Below are positions 1-11,307 of a DNA stretch of 64,000 bases, piece by piece; position 1 is the first letter of the stretch, and every line of letters begins with the position of its first letter. A program made the translations under genes and the position numbers. The notes beneath the pieces are model-generated. The model did not search any database. It had not been told where the DNA came from and saw only the letters and a list, made by a program, of their open reading frames with translations. The DNA is from Convolutriloba macropyga (lineage: Eukaryota), in the NCBI RefSeq assembly GCF_964194025.1, contig NC_134476.1:16988001-17052000 (forward strand). The letters are read 5' to 3'.

Positions 1-879
1 TACTAGGTCAGATATGATTCCTAGTAACCGTACTAGGTCATATATGATTTGTATGATTTCTTGATAGTCAAACAAGGATCAAACAAAAAATGAAACCTAT
101 TCTCAAAAGGCTTCAATCGCTATATTCAAGGTTACTGATACGGAAAAATTAATCAAAGATCCATAAAGCGTAGAAAATAGATTCGTCTTATTAGCATTCA
201 TACTAGGTCATATATGATTTGTATGAATTCTTCGTTTTCATTCAAGGATTATGCAGAACTTTCAAATAATGCATCGGTCATTTAATAACTGTAGTGGGTT
301 TTAGAAACAACAAAAAAAATCGTATATGGAACTTCTGTGGGTAAAAAAGAAAGAAAAACGAAAAAAACATAGCAGGACAAGTCTTGAAATACAATCCAGG
401 GAATTGAATGAAAAACAGACCTAATGTACCTGACCAGCAGACCAATTGAACAATCCCAGCCAAAAAGACGAAATCTCGAAAGTTGAGAAACTAAAAGAAT
501 CAAACCAAACAAAAATAAACAATTATTCCTAAAACACTTGAAGCCATTAACCTGAAGGCCATTTATGACACAATGCAAGATAGTCATTAACTCACGCATA
601 AGACTTGAAAGAGATTAATTTGACACTAAAGTTAGATAATCTCGAAAAAGACGAAAAATGCTTTAAAAAGAAATGTGAAAAATGCTTCTAATGAAAAGGA
701 AAAATTAAAAGATATTTTTCGAAAATGTGTCTGGAAAAAATGTTCAAATTCAATTTTTCTCTGTGGAGTTCTGTCTTGCAACATTTAAAAAGTTTGGTTG
801 GTCAAAAGCTATAGTTAAACTCAGAAAATGACAAAAAAAACCATAAAATTGGAAAACAATCAAAAAAATTTAAATTGCA

Positions 880-1500
880 CGCTTCATTTAAAAAATTACC
901 TATATTTGCAATCTAATAAAACAGAAAACTATTTTGTTACCACTAGAAACTCTGCAATGACATACTAGCAAACTCAATAGCAGCAAACCCCTGGCCACTG
1001 AGGAAAAAGACTAAAATTTCAGGAAGTCAAAGAAAAAATTACAATTTGAAAATCGTATTATTTGAAATTTGTATTATTAAAATCTTGAAACACATTACCC
1101 ATTACCACTAGAAACTATGTAGTAACCTATTATCAAAACCTAAAGGAAATGTTTTGGCTGCTCAGGTTAGAGAAACCTAAAAATTAACAATTTTCAAAAA
1201 TTTGAAAAAAAATTGGCTTATGCCTTGGCCAATAAAAATTCCGCAGTAAACTATGAGCAAATCCTAGACAAAATTTCTTGTACCCTGGAGCTGGAAAACT
1301 TGCACAATGACAATTTATGTCAGAAAATTGGAAAAAACTGCAAGTTTTATCGAAAAAATTGCTAATATTCGTGAAGTTGAAAATCATTCCATTACCTCGA
1401 AACTATGAAATAACCTATTATTTTGACACCAAGAGCTGAAACAACAAAAGAATTCAAAAAGTTTGAGAAAATTTTGAAAATTAGAATAAATTACCGTATT
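880..1500. repeat. Highly degenerate ~150-bp tandem repeat
   Basis: Recurring ccattaccactagaaactatg...aacctatt-like motif near 938, 1099, 1241 and 1389. Confidence 0.45.
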
Positions 1501-2971
1501 CATGTTTGGTGTAGCAATACATATAGCTCTAAAAATTGCCATAAAAGTAATTACGTCTTGCAAAAGACCTTTACCAACTTTTACAAACCTCAATTTCAGA
1601 CTGGTCCAACAAAAAATCCTAAAAAAGACAAAAAAAATTACATTTTGGGCTCAAAAGCTTCTGAAAATGACCTGTTAACCTTGAATTACGGCCTTTCCAG
1701 TAGCTTCACCACTCTAAGTACTTGAAGACGTACTAAACGCGGCTGAGGGCCTCTAATGAAACTTGATGCCCGCTGAGCTTTACCTGTTTATCCCGTTTTG
1801 AAAGCTCAAGGTAACGAAAAAAGTCGTGAAAACATCTTACTATATTAAAAAAAGACAGAGCACCAATACAATTCAACTCTTGGATTGTAATAAGTTCTTT
1901 GTAATTAAAGTAAGTCATATATGATTGTTAGTATGATTTCTTAGTACACATTCTAGAACCATACAGAAAAAAACAATCATAGCATTGAATTAAAAAAAAA
2001 ACAGGAAATGAAATAACTGTGCAGGGATGGTACTCACCAGTTAAACAAGAAATGGCAGTTATTTAAGTTTGTAGTCTTCAGTCAAAAAATTTGACAAAAA
2101 AACAGCTTTTCTCTTTAAATTTAATTAATGATCAAAGCAACTTCAGAACAGTTTTGCAGGCAAAAACTTTTTCCCCACAAAACAGACCCATATCTTTTGT
2201 CCAAAAACAAGGGAAATAACTAACTATCAAAAGAAAAGACCATTTCTCGAACACTAGTTACCTAACTGTTGGTGACCTTTGGTATAAAAAACAGCAAAAC
2301 AGCATGACATCAATCCACAGAGAAACCGTTTTCCGATCTCGGCAGAGAAAACCGTTTTCCGATCTCTTGTTGTTCTGAACTCAACGTGCGCCCGTTATGA
2401 AATGCTTTTTTAATTAAATTGATAATTCTGCGGTTTTTATAATTTTTTTTTTGAAATTGGTAGATTTTCGAAAACTTTTTGTTGACGAAACAATTCGAAC
2501 TTCAAAACAATTTGATGGCTCGAAATTGTTTTCAATTAACTTGACTCAAATCATTATAGGGAGATTGGCTACACAAAAAGCGGTACAGGTACATAGGTTT
2601 TAGCTTATTTTCGTAAAACTAATATCTTTCGAGCAAACTTCTCAGAATGGTCGGATAATATAGTTAAAAATTTCTCGCTTGCTTCACAAGCATCACCACC
2701 TCTTCCTCATCACTACCTCAAATAGAGACGCCAGAAGAGCATTTTGTCAATATTAAACTTTTCAAACAGTGTCTGCTCTCATAAGCCACTACATTGACTC
2801 AATTTTCTTGATCCAGACTTAACTAAAGATAATTGACGAAAAAACGAACAAAGATATTATTTTGAACAAATTTACAAATATTATTGTTCAAGGTATGTTT
2901 TCATATCTACGAATGGAATGAGCCTTTTAAAATAAACAGCCGTGAATGTTAACGAAAATCGACTATTGTTT

Positions 2972-3807
2972 CTATAAAAAATGAAAACTTTTTTTCTTGA
3001 AATCATGGAAGTTATGATGATGTGGTTTTTTTATGGAAATATCTAAAACATTGTTGCTTTTACCGCGAGCAGATAAGTTAATTTCCATGGCTCGTGATGA
3101 ACATTCAGCGCACTTAATATTGTCAAGGTGAACGTAATTGTTGTCCGGAAGAACATTAGAAGACGTTCTGAGGCTTTTCTTGCGATCTAGGCCACTGCTC
3201 GGATAACAAAAATAGGGCTTCACTTCAAACTTTTGTGGAAATCACACAAACTAGTCTATGAAATCAAACAATCGTATCCGCATTTTATTGATTCTAAGCA
3301 CTTCTTGATTCCAATATTCGGATTGTTCTGTAATTCTGCTTTTTCCAAAAGTTATTCAAGAGCAATATTCAAAGTCATCGCCCGCTCGGGCTACTTGTTG
3401 TCAAACAGGTTCTGGTACCAAAATTTTGCAGAGTGCACCCACATTAATGTGCTCCTTAGAATCCTCATACACCGAGATATATCCCCATATACATTTTTCG
3501 TTTGCTTTTTTGAGTTGAGTGCGTAATTCTTTGCAATGTATGCGCTGAATTTGTGGAACTTGTTGTGATTGAGGTTGAAAAATCGATTGTGGTTACTACA
3601 CGTGCTTGCAATCTCATATCATGATATTCGGTTTTGCGGATGGCCTGAAAAACTTGAAAAATTAATGGAAAAACAGTTGCATTTTATTGCACTCTTCTCT
3701 TCTTCCTTGTGGTGATAATTCTTTCACCGATCTTTGCTATTGCAAAACTTCAAAGAACTCAACTCACCCTGATGTTGCTCTATATTTGATTTGTAATGTG
3801 TTGCCAT
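2972..3807 (-). pseudogene. Degenerate copy A of an unassigned Cys-containing (type-II membrane) protein family
   Basis: Hand translation from ATG 3807 gives ...SLKFCNSKDR*...KCNCFSINF / KFFRPS..., similar to QLPFCQSADRL...NCPNCVQNFFQPG in ORF 5029-5439. It continues into ORF 2972-3223 (LPDNNY..IKCAE...ARGKSNNVL). Contains stops and frameshifts. Confidence 0.5.
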
Positions 3808-4149
3808 AATAATTTTCAATCAATTAAAACCCTATAGCCGATTGTGACTAATCTATAGTTCTTCTCAGTTTTATAAGCAAGAAAAGTTACTAATGACAAA
3901 TTTGATGTTGTAAAAAATTAATTAGCATAAAAAACGTCTGTAGTCAGATCTATTTTTGCTGGCTTTTATGGTAATTTCATCATGTCATTGTTTTGCAGTG
4001 AGAACAGTCAATAAATTGTTTGTGAGAGGAGTTTAGATAGAGATTAAACAGCTGCATTTTGTTTTATGATTTACTTGATAACCACGTATTTTGATCATAA
4101 ATAATTCTTTGATTTAATATTTTGATAATAATTGATGTCAACTGTTCTT

Positions 4150-5060
4150 AGTTGGAAAACTCGAATGTTTGGTTTAATGAGAGGAGAAGCTACGGTCTCT
4201 GAACAATGCTTAATGGGTGGCATTTTTCAAAACAATTTGTGTTCTATGGTTTCATAAATTAATCGTATCTGATTTCTCTGATTTCAGAAAAGGATTTTAT
4301 ACGAATGCTTGGATTTTTCATTAAAATCGTGAAAGTTTAAGTGGGTTTTTAGTTGGCAACTTTAATTGCTTTGCCAATATGAGAGGATATGATTTCCTGA
4401 AACGTCGGTTTCTCTGTGCCACCCTTGAATGCCAATATGATTTCTTTGGTTTCATACTAGGAGCATATTTGATTTCTTTGATTTGATAATAGGCTCTTAA
4501 TTGCTTCAGTTGGTTCTTAAATGGAAACTCTAAACATTTCAGTGCTATGAGAAGTTACATTCTCCAAACAGCGCGTTTTTAATGGTATCTCTTGAAGTTA
4601 ATGTGATTCCTTTGGTTTCATAATGGGATCATAATTAATTTTTTTTCGATTTCATGTCAAGATTCCAAATGCTTTCATCGGTTTTTAGATGGAAACCCTA
4701 TATACTTTGGTGATATGAGAAGCTAAAGTCTCATAAAACGCTTTTTTGGTGCAAGCCATCTAAACCAATATGATTTTGTCTCGCACTAGGATCACCTTCG
4801 ATTTCTTTGGTTTCATACTAGGGTCATATATGATTTCTTTGATCTTCTACAAGGATCATACACTTTTTCAGGCGTGTTTTTTTCCGTTTAATGAATGTTT
4901 ATCTATGATTTCTTGGATTTCATGCTAGGGTCATATATGAAATTTTGGATTTCATACAAGGATTATCTATGATTTCTTTGGTTTCATGCTAGGATCGTAC
5001 TAAGAAATCGAGTATGATCAGTATGAAATCATATATGATCCTTGTATGAAATCAACAAAG
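4150..5060. repeat. Subterminal tandem repeats (~32-bp subunits; ~170-200-bp higher period)
   Basis: Repeated atgatttctttggtttcatactagg / gtcatatatga motifs, with larger units starting near 4151, 4352, 4522 and 4689. Confidence 0.7.
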
Positions 5061-5072
5061 TTTCAACCCGGG

Positions 5073-5439
5073 TTTGTATGCTGAAGTTGACATGAAATCC
5101 ATATGGTTGGTAATTTTCGCCTGTGAAGGTGAAACCGGGTTGGAAGAAATTTTGCACGCAATTAGGACAGTTTCGGGTTTGCATACTGTCTGACCGACCT
5201 TTGAATAGCAGCAACCTGTCAGCACTTTGGCAAAATGGAAGCTGGTTGTCTTCCTCTTTAACTCCAATCAGCACTTCCTTTTGTGCAAGCTTTTGGCGCT
5301 CATCAAACTTGCCAGTCGGGGTAATTGTCTTATTTAAAGGGCTGGAAAACCATGTGAGGAAGTAAAGTAGACAAAGTGACACAAAAATTGCCATAAAGCG
5401 GAGACGGAGGCTTGAAGCTGAAGAAAACATTGTTTTCAT
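5073..5439 (-). pseudogene. N-terminal part of a type-II membrane protein (copy B), truncated by the CCCGGG element
   Basis: ORF MKTMFSS..RLRFMAIFVSLCLLYFLTWF has a short basic tail, a signal-anchor, a stem and a Cys-containing region. The frame runs straight into the element terminus (catacaaa|cccgggttgaaac) with no splice donor. Confidence 0.55.
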
Positions 5440-6399
5440 TTCTGCGTATTTTCATCAAAAAAAAATAATAATGACCAAATTTTGATTCTCGGGGCAGAAA
5501 AATAGCCCTGGCTAGGATAAAAGTCTCCGATGCGAATCACCAAAATTATTACAAATCAACTACGATCGCACGAACTGGTACGTATAACTTGATTATCTTC
5601 AGCTGTCTGTGTGCTCTCTATTTGAATAATTTTAGTTTTCACGAATGTTGCGTTTTACCAATTGTTAACGGACTCAGTATTAAGATTAAAAGACTCAGTA
5701 TAAATTCAGCATTAAGATTATGCATTTGTGCAACGTAGATTTTTCTATATTTTTATTATACTACTTTCTATGATCATCAACGCTCTGACATTTAAATAAC
5801 AAAGTATTGAAAGCAGAAAAAAACAAAATGGACCATTAATCTGCCAGCTGATTCATTGTATTAATCACATAAAGCTTTATTAAAAATTGCATTACAGTTA
5901 ACAATTGTTCTGTAAAAAATTGATTTGCCGTGCTAATCAATATAGAATGCACAAAAATTTAATTAAGTTTATTGTTATATGACTGTAATGAAACTGAGAT
6001 AAAAGTATGAGGCATGCGGTGCAATAAAACGTTCATAAATAGTTGAAAAAAGTTCATAAAACGTGAAAAAAACCTGTCTTAAAGTTGTTTTACGACTGTC
6101 CAGTCCTAGTACTTGGGTAAAGAAAGCAAAGAATATTTGCTCGATAGAAAAAATATTCCCAAACTAGCTGATGTTCAGAAAGTGGGTTAAGGGAAGGATT
6201 TAAATGGATAACAGTTTTTTTGGGCAGTCCTTTTGTGCAGTATAACGAAGAACGATTAACACGTGCGGTATTTTAGGAAAACAAGCAATTGAGCGTGATT
6301 TCTTATTTATAAAGACTTTTATAATTTAGTCTTTGTTGAAGAGTTAAAAAATTCAAAGCTTTGAAAAGCTTCCAAAGCTTTACAAGAATTCCGTTTTTT

Positions 6400-7700
6400 T
6401 CAGATTTTGTCAATATTTCTGAAAATTCGAACCAGTTTGCTAAATGTTTATGTTGTTAGCAATAATGTTATATCGTTTCTTTGTTGTGTGTAATTGCTGA
6501 AGTCTTGGCTTCGGCTTTTCGAGCCTCTTTTCTCCGATAACATATGAAGATATCGTTGGAATACCAAAACATCTTGTCCTTTTCTGCGCTCTTTTGAAAA
6601 CAAAAATTTCATAATTTCAGAATTAGTGACAACTTCTGCATAATCTCCGTGCACTTCAATGAAGGTCAGACTTATGTTCGATCCCCAAAAATGTGTTCCG
6701 GAAGAGAAAATTTGCAGAGCTTTTTTGTTAATTTAAACCGATATTTATATTTGATAGACTATTTTTGGAAGTTACAGTTGGTCGGTTGGCCTGGGCCGAA
6801 ATTCTGATATTTTATTCGAATTGCATTTGAGAATATGTCCTGTTTTTTGTAACTTCATTTGTTCATCTTTTTAGTTTTATTGATATCATTGATGAAATAA
6901 ATTCGAATAAAATTTAAGTATCGCTGCAAACGATAAAAAGTGAAAAACAAGTATTTTTAACGGACTAAAATTTTTACCTGTAATTTTGCAAAAAAAATTA
7001 GTTTTGCTCTGGTAAATTTTCTTTTTTTTTTGAAGAAATGCTTTTTTCACATGCGGAAATTGGAATTCCGTTTTCGCTGTTATTTTTATTCATTATTTCT
7101 CGAGTATGTATGAAACTGACTAAAATTTCGAATGACAGTAGTGTTGACAACATCACAACTTCGTTTCTTCTTCAATTTTTTTCTATTCAACTTAAAGTTG
7201 ATTGAATTTCTATTGATTTTTGGTGAAATAAAGCAATCTGAGCTATCTAATGTTTTACCTTACATTATGTGTTTTCATTGATCGATGAAGTGGCAATCTT
7301 GGGGAATTTGCCGGTATTTGTTGTCTTGTTTTTTAGTTTTGTTTTGGACAGGTCCCATTGACTTTCAAACAAGGCAAAGTTTTTTTGAAACAGTTATTCT
7401 TTCTTTATTTTCAAATTTTCGAGTTTTTAACCACAAAATTGAACTGATTTAACTGTTTTGTGTCCCTTTTCACGTGAAGCGCATAGAAGTATTAGAGAAA
7501 TAGAAAAGTTTTTCATATATGTCTTTTTAATTATATGTTACGGTTCTGCATTTGTAATAACAAAAACATGTTGTGGTTTTTGCTTTTTCATAATATTGTC
7601 TTTTGTTTGTTCATCAATTTTTAAGGGTTATTGAATCTTTTTAGAGCTGCATAATAAAGTGCTGGTTGTCTGTCAGTGATAAAAGAATAAGGTTGAGTAT
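6400..7700 (-). pseudogene. Degenerate copy C of the same protein family (in the left arm)
   Basis: Fragments STLLCSSKK, TTCFCYYKC, NFYALHVKRD, LPEHIF..SLKCTE and RRKGQDVL parallel FCNSKDR/FCQSADR, KCNC/NCPNC, YGFHVNF, LPDNNY..IKCAE and RGKSNNVL of copies A/B, in the same order. Confidence 0.4.
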
Positions 7701-8599
7701 GCTTATGTTGGCAGTTTCAGCGAGTTCTCTTTTGAAGATTGCCACTGTTTCAGAAATTTTTCTAAAAGTGGCTCTTTCCCGAATTATCTTCAGGTCTTGA
7801 GGAGCCAACCATTTGTTTTTTTCCAGCTTGAGGTTGGGATACTGGACAAGTTTAGCGGTAAGAAAAATTTTTCAAAATGTTATTGTTAGGAATCTTTCTA
7901 CTTTTTTTTTTAAAAAAATTCAACTTTTTGTGAAAATTTTTTTGCGTGTTTGTGGATCTGCTGGGGCAATGAAACTATCATAGGGTTTACGAAAAGTTTA
8001 CTGGATGTTTTTTTGCAACAGAAAAGTTGTTTTTTAAAGATATTAATACGGGGATTTTTGGCGAATTTTCGTTGAAATTTGTAGTTTTTTTAAAGCTAGT
8101 GAAATTTTATGTCCTTTTTCAATTATAGTGGCATTTGATTTTGTAAGGATTTTCAAGGCGTAAATGTGTGTTAATGGGTACATTTTTGTGGCACAACTCT
8201 CACTTCAAGTACACAGACATCAACAACTTTAGTAAAAGTTTTGTAATTTCGGTCTGTATATACATTTGAATTTTTTTTCCTTTTTGGCTCTGTTTGTACC
8301 TCGTATGTGCAAAAATATTAGTCCTCGTTCAAATTTTTCTTACAATCTACTGATAACGCTCCAAGACGACAAATTGGGACTTTTAGCACTTTTACTGCTC
8401 AACTGCGGATTCTGTGCTGATTTTTTCTGCTTGCAGTTTCATGTGTTTCTTTAACATCAAGAAGCAATAGCCGGATTGCAGACAGGACGACCCTACACAA
8501 AAATGGGAATTGACCATACCGAACAGACATCGGCTACGCTACAGGAGACCAAAAAGACTTAGGTTACCACGGCAAGAATTAACATACTATGTCCGTATT

Positions 8600-9157
8600 T
8601 TTGACCAGACCATGAATCTAACAAGTGACCAGATCGAGCAAAGTCTTCAGCTCACCAATTTAATTATCAAACAGACGCTATTTGCCACGCCGTGGTCCAA
8701 TTCATTGGACAGACCGAGCAGACCTTGAAACAGACCCGTTGAAACATGTAAAAGCATCCAATAAATATTTTTGTCTATAATTATTTTTAGCGAGGCAATT
8801 TACTTTTGCAAATTGAGAGTTTAAATTGATCAAGTAGTCCAATATGCCAAAAATAGTGTTGTTTAAAAACAACTGGCTGTTTTTTTAACATATGTTCAAC
8901 GTCCAACATATTTTTACAATTGGCACAGGACTGGTTTTTTTTTAGCTCGACCCCTGGTCTTTGTTTATGGGTGTTGGCCAGACCAAAATAATAAATAATA
9001 AAATAATATAGTTTACTAAGATTCATAAATTTTCGTTCTATAGCTGTTTTTGATTGCAATATTTTAGCTAATAGCATTGCAGCAACCATTGCAACAACTA
9101 AACGCCATTCTACCGTATTGCCTTGATTAAACAGACAGGTGTTTGACACCGTTGAGA
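8600..9157 (+). repeat. Direct repeat copy 1 of the palindrome spacer sequence (cagacc-rich)
   Basis: High identity to ~10740-11228 (cagaccgagcagaccttgaa...acagacaggtgtttgacaccgttgaga). Confidence 0.85.
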
Positions 9158-10739
9158 TAAGACAGAGGAAAAAAACAAAAATTTTGATTAAACATAGACA
9201 AACGATCTAGTTTGTTGTACTTCTGTGGTTCCTCTTCTGGTCCCGTGTATTTGTGTAACTCTTTCAATCGCTACAAATTGTAAAAAAAGTATTGAATGGC
9301 ATAACTCACTATAACCTAAAATGTAACGAAATCCTATTAGCATAATCGTTCCTTCCTTAAGAAGGACGCATAACGTACAATTTTTTAAGTACATTTCACA
9401 AATTACAGATGACCAAGTCGTGGGCAATTGTGATACAATACCTCGTCACTTTTGCCAAAAAACACTGCCACTAAATTCCGAGATCTATTTTGGATTCAAT
9501 CAGGCAACAACTATATTTCTCAAGTTAGTTAATATCAGAAAGAGAGTAGGTTTGAACCAGCAACCCTGTTTCTTGTTTGTGTGAAAAGATTAATTGGCAT
9601 TCAAGTTGGTATTATTGCTTTATTTCAGCAGAGTAGATTTCGTTCGGATGACAAACAAATGGGTTAATTGGACAAAATTGCAACAGATTTTATATACCTT
9701 TTAAAGTTTTTCGGAATTTGTTTGGCTCATCATCAAAAATCCAAATTTAAACAATCAGACAATTATTAATTTCATTCCGGTGCAGTCTTGATTAGTAACA
9801 GTTTAATTTCGAAAACAATGATGTCAGGAAACTATAGCTGTGAAGTGGCGTGTTTTCTTTTTCATTCAGTTTATTGCATTCTTTTTCAGGACTCGTCGAG
9901 TTATGTTTTTTTATTCAATTTCTGTCTCAAATTTTCTTACAATCGACTGATAATGCTCAAAGACAACAAATTGGCTCATCTATCACTTGTATCGTTCCGC
10001 TCAAACGCGGATTTTGAGCTGATTTTTTCTACTTGCAGTTTCATGTGTTTCTTTAACACCAAGAGCATTTGTAGCTGGATACTGATGAGCTGAATTTTTC
10101 ATTCAATTTTTCGGTTGTAAACAAGGAGTTGCCGTTTTGTGGTTTTTTTAAATCAATGTTTTCATCAATTCTCATGGTAAAAACGTCTGACAATGCTGAT
10201 AACAAGAAATTAATTTGGGACCATTTTTATTACAATTTCCGCTTAAAATCTGATTTCTGCTGTGATTATTTCTGCGTTCAACGCTAATTGTTTCATTGAT
10301 TACATGTTTCTTCAAAAGAAATTGTGCAAAATAAAAGTTTAATTAGTTTTATTTTTGTCTTCTCTAGTGCAGTTGAGAACGTAAGCTCACTTGTACTAAC
10401 CTCACTGGTATCAATGACTTTCTTTCATTTAGAATCCGTCATGTTTAAAATTAGAAAACACAATCTACTCTCTAAAGGTTGAAAGTTTTCTCTGCTTCAT
10501 TTGATGCGCTTTTTTAAAATAAAAATTTGGATGGAGCCAGAATGAGTGAAAAAGTGTGTGGGAAGAAGAGTATGCGAGACCGCACCTTGTTGAGCCCCTT
10601 TGCTCAATTTTAGTGTAGTTTACTGAGCATCAGCAAAATGATACAATTATTAGATATGTGATTTATTTCTTTTTATCAAATTTCAGTCTGCCAGAAGATG
10701 AGGTTAAATGGATGAGTTCCGTGACCCAAGACAGGTATT

Positions 10740-11228
10740 TATCAGACCGAACAAACTCTTCATCCAACCAATTTAAATATCAAACAGACCCTATGCTAGG
10801 CCGTAGACCAGAACATCGGACAGACCGAGCAGACCTTGAACCAGACCCGTTGAAACATGTAAAAGCATCCAATAGTTATTTTTGTCTATAATTATTTTTC
10901 AGCTAGGCAATTTACTATTGCAAATTGAGAGTTTAAATTGATGAAATAGTCCAATTAAAAAGACAGTCAACGTCGAACATATTTTTACAATTGGCACAGG
11001 ACTGGTTTTTTTTGGCTTGGCCCCTTGTCTTTGTTTATGGGTGTTGGACAGACTAAAACACTAAATAATAAAATAATATAATTTACTTATTTTCATAAAT
11101 TTTAGTTATATGGCTGTTTTTGATTTCAATATTTTAGAGAATAGCATTGCAGCAACCATTGCAACAACTAAATGCCATTCTACCACATCACCTTGATTAA
11201 ACAGACAGGTGTTTGACACCGTTGAGAT
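10740..11228 (+). repeat. Direct repeat copy 2, in the spacer of the large palindrome
   Basis: Matches 8600-9157. Confidence 0.85.
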
Positions 11229-11307
11229 ATTAAATATCAAACAGACACTATGCTAGGCCGTGTTCTTTGGTCAGACCCATTGAAACATGTAAATGCATCA
11301 AAAGAGC

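Larger units (their letters stand above)
1..5072. mobile_element. Putative CACTA/EnSpm-like non-autonomous foldback DNA element; right terminus CCCGGG at 5067-5072, left terminus probably outside the window
   Basis: Degenerate subterminal repeats (gatttctttggtttcatactaggatcatatat-like) at ~4150-5060 end in ttcaacccggg. Related motifs (tactaggtcatatatgatt...gatttctt) at 1-260 and 1910-1960 match the reverse complement of 4990-5045. CCC termini plus subterminal arrays are typical of animal EnSpm/CACTA derivatives. Confidence 0.45.
6260..10630 (+). repeat. Left arm of a large imperfect inverted repeat
   Basis: Segments 6260-7650, 8010-8290 and 9570-10630 align collinearly with the reverse complement of 11308-14085 (e.g. 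10560-10630 vs 11308-11380; 6390-6480 vs 13870-13965), roughly 75-85% identity by eye. Confidence 0.85.

Noticed and set aside
2317-2367. Short 18-33-bp tandem duplications (also near 12600, 17490 and 23365)
   Set aside because: Ordinary slippage or repair duplications; not individually informative.
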